This document shows positions 1 to 14,655 of a stretch of 64,000 nt of DNA, piece after piece; position 1 is the first letter of the stretch, and each line of letters starts with the position of its first letter. Made by a program: the position numbers and the translations under genes. The DNA lies in NCBI RefSeq assembly GCF_009914755.1, contig NC_060932.1. The stretch is one strand, 5' to 3'. Source of the stretch: the human T2T-CHM13v2.0 reference genome, Homo sapiens. The notes beneath the pieces were generated by a model. The model saw only the letters and a list, made by a program, of their open reading frames with translations, was not told where the DNA came from and searched no databases.

Positions 1-1095
1 TGTGTTCGGTCTTGGAGGGTGAGAGCTGAGGCTTCTGGAATGAATGGTGGTGGGATCTCATCACAGAGAAGTACCTGCAGAGCTGTGGGGTCAGGGACCT
101 GATTGGAATGAACCGAGGAAAGAATATTACATGTATTATTGTTGAATACGTTGCTGACTTTCAGATAGAATGCCGCTATAATGGAAACCTACTTTCTCTA
201 CTAGCCTGTTTTGTAAAGGAATTATATTTGATATTGATTTATCATAGGACATGTAAATTTTCGAATGAGCAAAACTTAACTTACACTTAAATACACCTTT
301 TGCTATGTTTAACTCTGGAAGCTCATCATTAATAGAATACAGTCTTAATTGGCTTGATACTGTTTTGAGTGTAACCTCCACTTTTGACTACAGTACATGA
401 TTGTCTTAAAAAGTATTTTTGGCTTGTTTTTGAGAAGTTATCACGTAAGCCCTGTTGTCAAACAGCTTAGATTCTAATTAAGGAAAGTTAAAGCCACTAG
501 GTAATATCGTTTATAAAGAAACATTAAACATGAGTCGTTATCTATCATGCCTTAAAAATAAATTACAAAGTGTCAGATTTTCCACTCTTACTCCTTTTTA
601 ATTAACACCCTAGTCTTGATTGGACGTGTTTAATTTTTTTAAGAAAATACATGGGAAGGTTTTAAAATAAAAAACAAACAGCTAGAAATAACTCCTACTG
701 CTTCATGGAAAGCTTTGTACACCTCTTCATGTCTTGGATTATCTTGCTTTTACAACAGAAACTAAAATATTTAGGTGTGCTCACCTGACCTTCAAGTGTG
801 ATACACGAATTCTCAGAATTGTAAAAGAACGTCCCTGAACTTAAGTAATTTAAGTGAAAGAAAGCACATCAATTTCCTAATTTTATCTCTAGTAGGTTCT
901 AGTGGAGTTTTAAATCAATTTTACTTAAACATTAAACCAACACATATAAAAATTGAAGTAGTGGGTTATAATTAATAATTCACTGGTGCGTGGTTAAAGA
1001 ACATATATTCTTTAAGTCGAATGAAAAAATAGAAATATTTGGCGAAGGGATGCCATAACTATTTTACTAATGGATGCTGTCTACATTATTAGTAA

Positions 1096-1452
<357 letters not shown>

Positions 1453-3875
1453 TAGAAAAAAATAATAATCTAATAAAATTTCCAATTTTATTAAAATTCT
1501 GATTCAATAAATATTTTGTTGTAGTTAGAATGATTCCATCATTGAATTTGAAATGTCCATGGAAGAAAATAAATATAAAACAAATGAATTTTAATGAAGT
1601 TATCAATTTTCTTTTACTCAAGTTATTATTTGCACTTTTGCTCCACGTCAGAAAAACAGCAAACAGAGGGATTTTTAAAAGTATTTACTTATATGCTGCA
1701 TTGCTGGAAGATAATTATGTTAAAGCTGGCACTCAGCAATGCAAACGTGGCCACCGCTCCTTTCTATCCCTCAGTATTATAATTGTAGGACATACACCTC
1801 ACATAGAGTAGCAAGAAAACAATTCCAATAAAGAGCCCCACAACGAGTTCTTCAAAATCAATGCTCACTCCCTAAAATCTGTGAAGACTTAGGAAAGCTG
1901 ATAAAGGCACAAGCCTCGCTTGGTGTGCTGGTGTGTATAAATGTATCCTGTATTTAACATATTCTACTTTAAGTTGTAGTCACAAGGTTGGTAAAATACT
2001 GGAAGAGGCCTTATCCTTAAAATGGACTATTTAGCAATGGAGAAACAACAGAATTTTAACAAAATTAGACTCCGCATTGTAAGAACCGTACAGAGTTTTA
2101 AATAGTCAGTGCTCCCAGTTCTCTATTTAAAAATGTCATTGAGGAAAAGGGACTCACGTAACTCTGCTAAGACATTTTATGCGCCTAAAAAGTGAAGCTA
2201 CTTTTACATAATATTACGTAGCACATATCACAGGGAAGGGGGCAATTTTATTTCATTGCTAGCACTACTTAGAAGCTTAAGAGGGACGTAATTCTGATTA
2301 TTCTTAGAGAAATACTTTCTCCTTAAGAGAAGAAAATTTTTCCTTAAATTCTACTAAAGAGGACAATTTCAAAATCCATTGAAATTAATAGACATGTATT
2401 GATAACTATTTAAGGTCATCCTAGAAAAGGAAGACAAACAGGCAAAACCTCCATTAATTTGTTCCAACCAACTGAGTATGGGAAACCCGAGGGCAACATT
2501 TCCTGGCTTCGTCCTTTCCTGTGTCTGATGCTCCAGGAGAATCATGACGTGACACTTCAGCCACCAGGGCTGCTGTGCTCTCCACCGTAAGGCAATGAAC
2601 TTCATATTGGCTTCAGCATATTATGAGACTATATTATGACCATATTATGACACTCTTATCTTTGGTAAAATGATAATTAAGCATATTGTCTTTAAGTTTC
2701 AGTAGGTATATTTAAAAAAAGAATAGAAGGATTTTGGAAAATTATTTTAAAGAAATGTGATTCTCTTTCTTAACACTACCAATAATTAGCATATCATCTT
2801 AAGCAATTATGAGAAGAATGACGTGAATTAAGAATGTATTAAATCATTTCCAAACAGAATTCAGTAGGTCCTTTTTCTTGAATATTTTTCCTTAATGTGA
2901 TTTTTGAAATAATTTTGACAACTTTTTAACTTCCACATTTTCTTTAAATATAACTTTTATTCCTTTTACTGTATTATTTCATGAAATCTATTTTTTAATA
3001 GACCAATATTTTTAATTTGTTTTGATCAAAGCACTTTGCTGGTTGAATAATCATTATAAGTAGAATTTAAATAATTACTTCTGGACTTGCCAAAACACAA
3101 GTTTTTTTTAATATTTATTTCTCTGAATCCTTTATTACTCTTCCTGTCACTCCTCTCTGTGTGGGGAGTATCTTATACATAGCGGGGGTCAAAGAAAAGA
3201 CCACTGAGGAATGCTGTGAACATTTTTGTGACTTGTTGGTTATTGCATAGTTTGAACAAGTTGTGTTCTGAATATTTTAACCACATAATTAACTCAAAGG
3301 CCCTTGTGCCTAAAATCTCCAGCCATAAATTATACAAGTCATATTGACTGTTTGCAGGTTTACAGTAACAAGTAAACAGAAAATTTGAAGTTTCACATTA
3401 TGTAAATAAAGTATAATTTACCTATGTTTACATAATACTTTGCTAATTAAGCTAAAAAATCACATTTACATAAAAAATAATTTATCCTATACAATTTAAA
3501 TAAACCAGGTTTTAATTTCCATGAAGTAAATACAAATGTAGAAGAATAATGAAAGTTAAATTTTATATTTAACGTGATATTTAGAAAGCCAAATTGTTTA
3601 AAGCCAACAGAGGTGTACAATTTTTAATGCACTCCCCTTGAATCTGAATATCTGAATTAAGATATTAAATAGAAGTTACATAGATGTTATGTTAGCTCAT
3701 GATTCAAAGGAATATAGTGGAATTTTACATACTACGAGTTTTCTCTTTTATATAGAAAACCACATTGAAAAAAAGTGGCAGAATATCGGTATGCTTTTTC
3801 CCTATTTGAAAGTCGAATTTAAGCCAACTATGATTGAGAGGAGAAAGTGAATTTTAAAAAGGAAAGCAACAGAAC

Positions 3876-4162
3876 GGCCGGGTGCAGAGGCTCACAACTG
3901 TAATTTCGGCACTTTGGGAGGCTGAGGTGGAAAGATAAACTGAGGTCAGGAGTTCAAGACCAGCTTGGCCAACATGGTGAAATCCCATATCTACTAAAAA
4001 TACAAAAAGTAGCTGGGTGTGGTGGTGCATGCCTGTAATCCCAGCAATCGGGAGGCTGAGGCAGGAGAATCACTTGAACGCAGGAGGCAGAGGTTTCAGT
4101 GAGCCCAGATTGCGCCATTACGCTCCAACCTGAGCAAAAGAGTGACTGAGACTACATCTCAA

Positions 4163-4163
<1 letters not shown>
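3876..4163 (+). mobile_element. Alu SINE (AluS-type)
   Basis: ggccgggtgcagaggctcac...gaggtcaggagttcaagaccagc...gagactacatctcaaa; degenerate TSD aaaggaaagcaacagaa / aaagaaaatcaatagaa. Confidence 0.97.

Positions 4164-4207
<44 letters not shown>
4164..4207 (+). repeat. (TAGA)11 tetranucleotide microsatellite in the Alu tail
   Basis: Eleven perfect TAGA units directly after the Alu body. Confidence 0.98.
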
Positions 4208-4210
<3 letters not shown>

Positions 4211-4489
4211 AGAAAAAAGACAAAGAAAATCAATAGAATGCACCAGAGAGCTGGTGTGAAGGACAGTGTGGAAGTGACGCTGTGTGGATGGAGGAAAACG
4301 GCTTCCCCAACAGATGGTGCCTCTGTCTGTGGGGGGGATGGGGGGACACAGCCGTGCACACGAATGTGGTGAGCACTCTTTGGAGCCAAACCTGGGTGTG
4401 AGCTTGGCTGCACTAGCTGCCCTCGTAACCTGGACAAGTTGACTGTTTGTAAATCAGGGGTGATCTACTGGGGGAGGCGGTAGGGAACA

Positions 4490-4890
4490 AGGAGAAGAAT
4501 CAGCAGGCGACTGTAGGAACCCAGGCCAGAGCTGGCTGTGAGCTGGACTCATGGGTAACAGAGGAAAGAGTGGGTCATATTTAGTTTTGAGAACTATGTT
4601 GGCAAGGCAGGGCGGTCAGGTGTGTGGATTTGCTGTGGGAAGTGAGGTAGAGGGAGGAATCGAAGATGATGCCTGGATTAACGCTGGAGCAACCACGCAG
4701 GGTGGAGGAATCTAACTTTCAGATTAAATAGCTTCAGTGGGAGATTCTTGTAGACGCCCACATGAAAATAGTAATGGAGCACCGTGCTGTGCTTGTGTAG
4801 GTCAGAGGAGAGGCGTGTGTCACACATGTGGGGACACACATGTGGAAGTAGCGACCGCACTTCAGATGCATTTACAGACGGAGAGGAAAC
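4490..4890 (-). mobile_element. L2 LINE fragment
   Basis: Degenerate match to the L2 antisense strand (gagggaggaatcgaagatgatgcctgga; ggtcagaggagagg). Confidence 0.55.
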
Positions 4891-5099
4891 GCCGGCTTCT
4901 AGAGAGACAGGGCAGTGGGGAGCCTCCTTCTCCATTCAGACAAATGATGGAGGTGAGATGCTGAGCTAACACTGCGCATGGAGTACTGGATAAACAGGCC
5001 TGCCAGGGAGCAAACGCTTATCAAGGAAATAAAGGTGAAGCATAGTTGGTGATGTGTTTGGGGCATATTGTGTATGTTAAAAGACAGATTGAAGAGGAT

Positions 5100-5360
5100 A
5101 CTGGAGAGACATGGGGAAGTCATTGAAGGTTTTGAACTGGGAATGGGGAGATAGTGAATAAAGTATTCAATAATATAGTATTATACAGGTGGACTAGAAA
5201 TGGAGAGACCATGGCAACAAAGATCTTGAGCAAGTCATGTAAGTAGTTGAGCTTTGGGCTAACAAGAGCTTGGATTAATGTAACTGCAGAGGAAACAAAG
5301 TGACGTGACGGATATGGAAACAACTTGGGAGGAAGAGAGGTAGGATGTGCTGAGAAGTTG
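5100..5360 (-). mobile_element. L2 LINE fragment
   Basis: ggggaagtcattgaaggttttgaactggga is a typical L2 antisense motif. Confidence 0.55.
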
Positions 5361-7439
5361 TTGGGGACGGATAGCCACAGCGAACACAAACTGGTTTGGT
5401 TACAACGTACTGCCTCTCCTTAACTCAGGCTGATCTTTCATGTTCCCTAAGAGGTTCCTCCGAGGAGATTAAAATGTGTAACCTTTAATATCAATTCTGT
5501 TATTACCTGATATAACATTTGCCACATTAGCAGCTTCCTGCATTGCCTGGTTGTATGTGGCTTATGTAGAAACTAAAACAAACAAAAAAGCAAAAAAGAA
5601 AAAAAAATGACAATAGTGCAGCTAGTGATTGTAGTTCTTTCTTGCAATTTGAGCATTTTGTATTTTTGTGTTGTTTTTCCTATTTTCCGAAATTTGAAGT
5701 GGAAAGAATGTCCCCACTAGTATCAATGTAAACATGCAACTTTTAAGGAACTGGGAATAAATGTATTTGGGAGAGTCAAAGAAAACCAAGAAACAAAGTA
5801 ATGTGCACCTGCAGAGCTGCGTGTGTTATAGAAGAGAAAACATCCACATTCAACAACTGAGGGTTCTTGTAAAATTAAAAGGTTATAGAAGCTATGATGA
5901 GGTGCATCCGTACTTCAATTTGTTCAAGTCACGTAGTTTTATTTCTCTACATAGTCCTATTACGTGAATTCAGTTCTAAGGTTTTATATATGTATTTGTA
6001 TGCATGTTTATTCATTTGTTTTTGCATTGGAATGTATTTAAAACTTTTTAAAGTGTTGAAAGCTAAACTATCAATGTTAAGAGTAGAAACTTTATACACA
6101 CATTTTTGTTTCAGTTATTTAAATGTATCATTCCTAAAAAGATTCATGCCTAAAAGAAGGACAAAATATTTCTTAACCAAAAACCCAGAGCTGTCAGAAA
6201 CATAGGAAAGGATAATAATTCATGGGTATAATGTGTGGTGTGTTTTGTTCTTGTAACTACAGTGTTGTTTTATGTTATATGTTATCACAAGACTGTTGTT
6301 GGATGGTTCCTCAAAAACATCCAGGGTCCTAGATGTTCTATAATAGGTGAGGGCTGACTAAGAGATCAGTTTTTCTCTTCAAAATGGAACCACTGAGATG
6401 AAACTCTTAATAATTATAATAATAATAAAAAGCAACCGACTTTCCCTGCTAGCTCTTGATAGCAAGCAGGCCCTTGGGATGCCATTGTGCTAGGATCACC
6501 ACATTTGTCTGCAGAGGAAACAACCCAGAAATAGGACAGCTTGGATTTCCATATGGGGCTCCCAGACATGGCCTAGTGGATGCCTATGGCTCTAATCCAG
6601 ACATAGAGTGAAAACAGGAAGGAAAAATGCAAACCAGATGATCCCCATCTAAAATGTAAGAATCTTTGAGGCAATCCCCATAGGCTCAAATTATGAGACA
6701 GCCAATGACTACTTAGAAAAAACTGAGAATGTTAAATCCTTTCTTAACGATTGATAATGCACGCCACTAAGGATACCTTTTCTTAAGTTTGTATTGTGTA
6801 ATCTGATCAATTACAATGAAAGATATCTTAAAAATCTTTACTAAGATATTTAGATAAGAACATAAGGCAACAAATTCAGACTTTCCAAAAGCGTCACTCA
6901 CTAATCCATAGGTAATCATCTGAGAAAATAAAAAGAATATTGTATGAGTTTTTTCCCTGCAATTTAGAAGACACTTGCGGAGTTGCACTCCGACGCTGTC
7001 TTCTGACCCATCATTCTTGATATATTTAATGGAGGTGTGTGTCTCAGGTAAAGGATTCCTGCAAAGCCATCTTGCAATTTTAAAGCTCTCAGTTGCCTCA
7101 GTTTTATACATAATTGCAGAGCAAACACCCCAAAAACAAACGCCATTTAGATGTGTGAGCCAGTGAGTAAATTCAAAGGGATGGGCAGAGATAAAATCTT
7201 TGAAAATTATTTTTCCACCCCCATCTTTTTTTAATTAACTGATGCCTCATTCATAAATGTTTACTCTTTAATTATGTACTACAAAAAGAAGCACGGCTGT
7301 GCCTTCCCCTCTCTGCACTCTGAGCTGCAACGAGCTGTTCATTTCTTTCTGTCATGCTTACCATTATATATGCTCAATAAGCAATTGCTGATTGAATGAA
7401 TCAAGGAGCTTGGAAGGAGATAAGTCCCTTTTGTAGTAC

Positions 7440-7615
7440 AAAGAACTGGAAATCAGAAAACTAGATTACAGTCTAAGCTCTGTCTTATAAAATGGGTGAT
7501 ACTGAAACACTTATTTTAATTTGCCTCAGTTGACACCCTTATAAAATGTGTAAAAGAAGAATGCTTACCACACACGGGTGTTATAAGAATTAAACAGACC
7601 ACACATGAACGTTGT
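7440..7615 (+). mobile_element. MIR SINE fragment
   Basis: Degenerate MIR core gcctcagtt...ataaaatg...gttataagaattaaa. Confidence 0.55.
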
Positions 7616-9049
7616 ATACATATACGCTAAATAAAGCATCTTTCATTAAAGGGGGTTGTAATAATTTGTGCCAATTAAGAAAGATTTAGATTCCCTTTGA
7701 ATGTCTTGTTGCCCCTGGTGTGTTCAGATTCACCTCAAGACAGAAAGTCAGAGGACTACTCAGTGCAGTATGATTCTAGTAACACCCAGATTGATTAGCT
7801 TATGTTGGAGATAAGCTATCTGCAACATAGGGATTCAAGTAAAAAACTTTAAAAGATGTTCTTGTTTAAGACAGTGAATTTTAGCCCTTGGAATTCAGAA
7901 AGAACATTCAACATAAGGTTAATACTTAAAAAACAAATTCAGTGTAGTTGTCAAATTCTGGGTAAGTACGAACATTAGTTTTAGCATGATTACAAATGCT
8001 GTGGGTGGGTTATGTTTGCCCTGTCTATTGTTTCAGACAACGTTCTATTACACTACTGTGTGACTACGTCTATCCATGGGGCTTCATCAGCTGAACATTT
8101 GGAAGAAAAAGAGCATCATATGAAGGTAAAGTTAATTTCTGTTTGATCATGGTATGTTCTTATTTTTTAGAATCTGTGGATCAGATGGAAATGAACTCTG
8201 TCAAGAGTGATTTGCAGGAGTTCATATAATTTTTGTTCAGGCACAGAGAATGCTCACTTAAAGTTCTTGTTAAAATAAAATATCTCAACAACAAAGGCTG
8301 AATTAAGATGATCTTTCACTCATCAGATTTCATATAAAACCCTTGTAAATTAGAATAACATGTTTTGCAGCTTTAGAATAAAGCTAATTTCAACACAATT
8401 CTATACACATACTTTGAATAGAATCTAATTATATTACAATAAATACAATGTACTTCAGATGTAATGGCATCAGAACAAAAGGCAAGTAATTTGGAACAAG
8501 AACTTCATAAAGTATCACACTGAGAATAAATGCGTATCATAATAGTGTTGATCTTCACTATTTTTTTTCTACAAAATTTAATTTTCCAAAATGGATTTGT
8601 CATTTTTTTCAGGGTCATGTTACATAATATGTGCAACATGCATCAGACACATATTGTTCCATGTTGGAAGTTGTCTAGCTCCTGTGTTTTAGTTTTAGGC
8701 CAGTTACCCAGCTGCGAAGTCAACCACAGAGAGCTGAGAAAGTGGATTCAGTCAGTGGATTCGGCCTGAAAGATTGGGAACTCAACACCCTCTCTAAGGT
8801 TCAAATAAGTGAAGGTAGTGAAATACCCCATTTCTACATATTGGTGGTTTTTAATTCTTCACTGTCTTACGGCAAATAAAGGTTCTCATCTCTGTAGCAC
8901 CTACTCTAGGTTTATTTCCATTCAGCAATATTTATCCCTTCTGCTCTCCTTTGTCAGACAGGGATAGAATTGCAGTCATTACTAATAAGAAGACAATGTC
9001 ATAAAAAGTTGTCTCTTCTCATCACTAAGGCTATGCCATAAATCTTGCT

Positions 9050-9140
9050 CACTCATTCATTTATTCCCGTCCAGAAAGCACTGAGGACCAACTGTGGGTT
9101 AGAACCAGTATTAGAGACTGGGGTACAACACAGAAAAAAT
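9050..9140 (-). mobile_element. L2 3' end
   Basis: ctcattcatttattc...actgaggaccaactgtgggttagaaccagtattagagactgggg resembles the L2 3' terminus in reverse. Confidence 0.5.
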
Positions 9141-9372
9141 GTTAAAACTGTTTTACAATTTTCAAAGAGGTAAGAATACACATGAACTCTCTTAGACTCC
9201 AAACAACTCTTCAGCTGAATTAATAACAAATGTGGATGCATGTGACACATCTGTTTTTTTCTTCTTCATTCTAGACATTATTTTCATCTGTTTTTTTCTT
9301 TTTTTGTCCATCTCTGCTACCAGTGGATTCCTTCTTTCAGGCCCCAACCATGCATAAGTCTTATTTATCTGA

Positions 9373-9420
9373 ACACACACACATACACACTCACACACAC
9401 ACGCACACACACACACACAC
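9373..9420 (+). repeat. Imperfect (CA)n microsatellite
   Basis: About 24 CA units with three interruptions. Confidence 0.95.
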
Positions 9421-10227
9421 CATTTCTAATTCCTTCCCTCTTCAAGTGTCTTTCTTTGTTCTGTTACTTTCATCGCCTCTATCCTTATTATCTCTACTGA
9501 ATTACATGAAGGAGCTATACTCACTTTCTCCCATTTTCAACATCTGTTCAGTCATAAAATCTGGTAATCACGCCTCACCTCCTATCGCTTACCTGAAGCT
9601 GCTTTCTAAAGCCTTGCAATGCCACCACTCAGTTCTAACACACCATTCCTAAGCCTCCAACAATCATCTTCCACAGTGCTCCTTCCAGCCTTCAATGCTG
9701 TTCACTACGGATTGTGCCATTATGAGCACCTTTGTGAACAAACTGAAGTACTGTTTAAGGCATGGCATATATCAATCAATCAAACTGTTCTTCAAAACCA
9801 TCCCCCAACTAAAAAAAAAAAACCTCACTTTCTTGGGTTCAGAATAAACCAATGCAGTCTGCTTATTTAAATACAAACAAACAAACAAAACCTCTTCTTT
9901 TCTTTTGGGACTTTACTTGCTTTCTCCCCTCCTTAAAACTAGAACCTCTTCCTGAGTTAATCTCCCAGCCACTTCCCTTATGATAGTACTGGGAAGGCTA
10001 CTTTAAATCCCTGATTGTATCCACATCTTGCTCCCTTAGAACATCCTTCTTTTCCGTTTATTTAAGTTTTAGTTGTACTGGGAACCAGTTCAGACATGGA
10101 GACTTTTCTAACAAAAAATCAACAACAACAACAATAGTGAATAAAAATACTCATTTATTTTACTTCCTAATACAGTTGTCTAAACTCTCATTCATTTATT
10201 TTCATTTTTATGACTTCCAGAAGAAGA

Positions 10228-10470
10228 TATAATGTAATAACGTGAGCATGCACTTTAGAATCCAAGAAATTTGGGTTAATCCAGACTCCTACTCACTGGC
10301 TTTCTGACTCCGGGGAAATTACTTACTTTTCCCAATACCTTGGTTTTTATGTGAGTAAAATGGGGCATATACTACCACTACCTTGGGGAAGGGTGAGGAT
10401 TAAATGAGATTATATAGTCTCTAGCATACAGATGGAAAACAGTAGGCATGCAGTTAATTGTCATAGTATT
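10228..10470 (+). mobile_element. MIR SINE, near full length
   Basis: gagcatgcactttagaatcc...gtaaaatgggg...gtgaggattaaatgagat...cagtaggcatgcagttaat. Confidence 0.75.
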
Positions 10471-10654
10471 CATCCTTTTTGTATCTTATTAGTATCTTTT
10501 ACCAAATGAAACCTTCACCAAATGAATGCCTCGTGACTTCTAGATTCTGGCAGCATTCCTCCACCACCCATCTCCTTCCACCTTCCCTGTGCCTAGTCAG
10601 CCAACTACTCTGTAGCCCGTTCAAAGCAGAATCAAATTCACTATCCTTTTATCT

Positions 10655-10808
10655 CCAAATGTTGCTTAACTTTTCTAAGCCTTAGTCTCATCAACCATAA
10701 AATGGATTAAAAATGGGTATCTTATAGAAGTGTTGAAGGATCAAATCAAAGAATGTATAAAGAGAACAGCATCACCTGGGAGGTGGTAAGAGCTCAAAAT
10801 ATACAGTT
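10655..10808 (+). mobile_element. MIR SINE fragment
   Basis: gttgcttaacttttctaagccttagtctcatcaaccataaaatgg MIR core. Confidence 0.65.
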
Positions 10809-13529
10809 TCCACCGTGATAATGGGGATAAGTATGTCCATCATTTCGATGATGGAAAAAGGGTGCTGAAATTGCCATTCATACTGGGAGACTCTTTAATT
10901 TTTTTCCTCATAAACTTCCACACTGCTGTTCTAGGGAGCTGCAGGGGACTACATAAATGAAGTCATCGATCTTACCTTTAGAGTATGGTGCCAAAAAATA
11001 AAAAGTTAAAAGTTAAACATGTATAAACTGTAAAAGCAAGAGCCTCAGAGACTTAAAAATATATGTTAGAAAGCCTCCATTTATACAAGAAATAAAGAAC
11101 AGAAAGTGGTGTATATGAAGGTGGAAATGCTAAGAACCCAGAGTGTTGTCTGTAATCACTCCATCAGCACAATACTGAAATCTGAACTGCGTAGTCCTAG
11201 AAATTCCCAATCCACGCAGCCTGTGATTGCAGAATGATGCAAAGGCAGATGATGCCAGAGACGAGACGGCGCTGGGTTCAGAACTATGCATCTACCGGTT
11301 AACCAGCGAATAGTCTTTTAAGGGCCTCAGCAGGACACTTAAGAACCACTCTATACTGTCTATGAGTCCATCTGAATACATCTATATGCCTACATACACG
11401 TATGAATTCTTGGTTTTCCTTTTGTTTTTTGCTGTTTCTCCCCTGAGGTTAACTCATTGCAACACTTTGGTGTTCTTCCAAACTCCCATGTTAAAGAGTT
11501 TCACTTGAACAGCTGTGGAAGGAAAGACAGTGCAAATGGGCAGCCCTAACCAATACCACATTCCATCTGGGGCCCTGACAACGATCCCACTCAGGTTGGT
11601 TGGGCAGGTGAATATTTTCATTGGCTGCACAGTTACCCTTGTGCTCTGACACTGTCAAAACAAAAGGTCTCCATGGTGCAGCTGTCCTCAGTCACCCTGC
11701 AGTCACCAAATATGCCGACCAGGAAACATACCTAAAAAATTATGGATGTGTAGGAAGTTTCTTAATTTTACAGAAGTACATTTTAAAATATTCCAACCCA
11801 AATGTAGGAGGACCTTCTGAAGTACCTTGGCTCATTTTAAAAGTCTTTCCAAATAGAATGTTGAATTTATGAAAGTGATGGTAACCAAATGATTGAGTAA
11901 TCAAACCACATTCCAGAGGAGAAAAGCAAACTGGGCCAATGATAAGTGAAAGCTTTTGCTTAGGACAGCAAATGCTGGGTACAGAAGTCTGTGAGTTCAA
12001 AGTGAACGGAGAATTACTCACTCCGCACATCTTCTGAATTGAATCTGAAAATTCAAATTGCAATTGCCCATCATCTTGTTAACAACTACTATCTCTCCTA
12101 ATAATGTACAGCATTTTCCCAGTGGACTTGCTGTTAGAGCTTCTAATAGAGAAAGGAGGACTCTTGAATCCCATGGTGTTGGGGACTGGGGACCCGGCAA
12201 TAGCTGAGGGATTACTGTCACAGATATGCAGAAATCCCAAGTCAGTCTTCTGAGATCAGCAAGTTTTACCTGCGCTGCACTAATTTCTGAAGTAATGCTC
12301 ATTGAAACAAATAAGAAATATATAAAAACAAAAACAACCTCAAATCATGTAAATGACTTACTGGTTTTGTTTTTCTGTGTTAAATGCTTTATTGTCTCTT
12401 TTGTAATTTAGGACTCATGCCCCTTGCCCTTCTGTAATGTTTTGTTTTTAGATATGCTATACTTTACACATTATAAGGAACATCAGAGAAATCATGATCT
12501 TAGCTTTTTCTATTAATTTTAAACAAATATGTAGAATTTTTGCTTTGTTTTTCCTTGCAAGAGAAACTGGACATTGGTAACTTCGTAAGGTTAACCCCTC
12601 TGGAGAATATTCTCCCTGATTCTGTCATAATAGATTTAAGAAAGTCCTTGGTCAGTTTCAGGCAGATATCAAATCTGTCACTTGAGGGGCAGAATTCTTT
12701 GAAAACTTAGCGACAATGGGGAGGCTTATGGTCACTGAAATGTCAGCTTATCACAGGAGGCTGACTCCCAGGCTGAAATAATTCAATCTAATGTAACTCA
12801 TGTCTACTCAAATGCCTCCTGTTCTTGGCCTTTTAAATGTTTTTTGCTGTAAAACTTTAAATACTCCAATATTCAGGACATTTACTGATAATGTTCTCCT
12901 AAAATGTATCCAAAAGATTTTAGACAAGATATTGGAAGCAGATATTTTTGAATTTAATTAGTCCAGGACAACAAAAGGAAGATGATTTTTCTCCTTCAGC
13001 AGTTGTGTGCAGCCCGCATTCATATCCTGCTTGATATCAGGAAGGAATCTATCCTGAGAACCAGCGCCCTTACCTCTGCAGTCTAAAGGTTATAGCAAAG
13101 TGCTGACTGCTGGAGTCACACATTTACTTTAAAAATAAGTGACAAATTCCCTGATAACTTTAACACGTGCAGAGCCAGCAAATAAAAATATTTGTATTCT
13201 AAACTTTTTACTCTTTGACATTGTGAGTTGACTCAGCGGGTCAGAGAATTATGTTACATGGTTGTGCCCTTGGTTTTGAGCTCCAGACAGTTCTATAAAG
13301 TGGATTCTATCTCTGAACACGAGTTAACAGTTATTTTGCAAAGTAGCCACAACTGTGAGCCAGTCAGCACAAAACCAGTAACAGCAACATTTTCTAACAA
13401 AAAGGTAAATATATATAATTATATACATATAAATCTATACTGATGATCAGTGTATACATACATTATATATATATATATCATACTGAAAGTATGACGTGTG
13501 TGTGCATATACACACAGGGATCATCAATA

Positions 13530-13685
13530 TTCTCCAGAGTAGAAAAAAGTTGGTTTTGAATTCCAGATCTCCAATGATTTTCAGGGAACCATTGGCCAAA
13601 TTCTCTATCTTTTCTAAACCTTGGCTTTTTTGTCTGTTAAAAAAGGGTACCATAACATCCACATGATTATTTTAAAAAGGGTTTT
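13530..13685 (+). mobile_element. MIR SINE fragment flanked by (TA)n-rich low complexity
   Basis: ttggccaaattctctatcttttctaaaccttggctttttgtctgttaaaaaaggg is a degenerate MIR core. Confidence 0.5.
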
Positions 13686-14588
13686 ACATATATATAAATA
13701 AACATATAAATATATATAAATGTAAATATATATACACACATGTAAAACTGACTGCATCAAAGTTTGATACGATGGATACAAAAAATGTTGGACTCATTCA
13801 GATATTTTCATGTAAACACTTGTGTAGTCTTAAGGATCTTTAAATCTCATTAGGTATCTGATATGCCACATTTTTACATGATTATAAACTGGAGTGAATG
13901 CTTAAAACCCATGATAAGAGTTCCTTTATCCAAGACTTGATAGTAGGAAAAGCTGAAACTTCTTATATTACAAAAGTTACCTGCTTCAAAACAGAATGAC
14001 AGAAAGGGTAAATTCCATGACAGCCTCTTCATAAAATGCTCTAACTCCCTGGCAGCATTGTCTGGTGCTATATCTCTTGCAGTTAATATTTGTTCTCTCC
14101 AGGTTCCCAAGGCCAAACAGCTTTGTGCCTGTGTTGCAACATTCACTCCACAAACCCTGTGCTGCAGACGCGTGAGCTCCTGATGTTCTAAGAGTGCCCC
14201 AGCTGCACACCTGCACAGGCCTGTCCCTGCCCCAGCCTGGCCCTTCTGGGCATTACTCAAGTACTACAATAGGTTCTCCCTCAAGACACACAAATGATCA
14301 AGATTGACCTGTCCCACAGAAGCAGAGTGTTGATTCAGTCCCTCGTCTGCAGCAGTTACTGTCCTTGATTTTCACTGGAATTTAGTTCATTCTCTAGGGT
14401 CATAGTGTGTGTGAATGTACGTGAGTGCGGATACACATAGAGACATAGATACATAATGATTTATCTCACTCCATCTTTTCTTTTGAGTTCTAAGCACCCA
14501 TGTGCAAGGATTGGTGTTCTCCACATGAGTGCTTAGAACACAAAAGGCATTAAGACTGCACACTGTGAAAAAATGCACAGGGCAGTAC

Positions 14589-14655
14589 TACACACACACG
14601 TGTACACACATGCACACGCACACACACATGCGCACACGCATGCACACACACACAC
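14589..14655 (+). repeat. Imperfect (CA)n/(CACG/CATG) repeat
   Basis: Alternating purine-pyrimidine tract of about 65 bp. Confidence 0.9.

Noticed and set aside
2537-2586. 50-nt candidate plus-strand exon (ctccag|...cacc|gtaagg)
   Set aside because: The peptide ENHDVTLQPPGLLCSP is not recognisable, and such site pairs are common by chance. It cannot be supported without RNA data.
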